A stretch of DNA of 64,000 nt, from the sequence record MH752840.1; one strand, given 5' to 3'. Made by a program: the position numbers and the translations under genes. This document shows, piece after piece, positions 63,896 to 64,000 of this stretch. Source of the stretch: Escherichia phage vB_EcoM-Pr121LW. The first letter of the stretch is position 1. Each line of letters begins with the position of its first letter. The notes under the pieces were generated by a model. That model made no database searches and had not been told where the DNA came from. It saw only the letters and a program-made list of their open reading frames with translations.

Positions 63896-64000
63896 GGAAC
63901 AATCTATACGTGAACAGTGAAACATGAAATAATAACGATTGTTATTGTGTCATATTGTGCTGCAGTGTGTTATGTTGTGCCCAGTGTGTCCAGTATGTCA

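Overview
This window reads as a large tailed-phage genome segment, probably virulent (no integrase or repressor seen), from a gamma-proteobacterial or enterobacterial host. Layout: (1) 1-20.0 kb, + strand late tail module: a lambda-J-like tip attachment protein, baseplate-like proteins, two paralogous tail-fibre genes (one with a Tfa chaperone), a 581-aa fibre/spike and a 1878-aa distal tail protein. (2) 20.0-26.8 kb, convergent minus-strand accessory island of 14-15 mostly small genes, including a VWA+metallopeptidase protein, a HAD phosphatase, Cys-rich proteins and a candidate 2H phosphoesterase. (3) 26.8-51.3 kb, + strand early/replication module: MoxR-like AAA+ ATPase, secreted SleB-like cell-wall hydrolase, rIIA/rIIB homologues, Pif1/RecD-like helicase, C5-methyltransferase-like protein, primase-helicase, family-A DNA polymerase, SSB-like protein ending DDDIPF, macro-domain protein and a tandem family of small paralogues. 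(4) 51.3-52.3 kb, a repeat-rich noncoding region with ~65-bp periodic repeats, two Fur-box-like palindromes and GC-rich elements. (5) 52.3-62.9 kb, an array of about 30 small genes, each with its own sigma70-like promoter, GC hairpin, CA-rich leader and strong SD, bracketed by inverted copies of a 23-bp element. (6) 62.9-64.0 kb, a noncoding region dense in palindromes and iteron-like repeats (candidate ori/pac/cos). The most striking single observation is a perfect 127-bp tandem duplication that frameshifts the 3' end of the J-like gene. All calls come from reading the sequence and the ORF track by eye; no database search or structure prediction was run, so family assignments rest on motifs and remembered similarity and should be treated as hypotheses.
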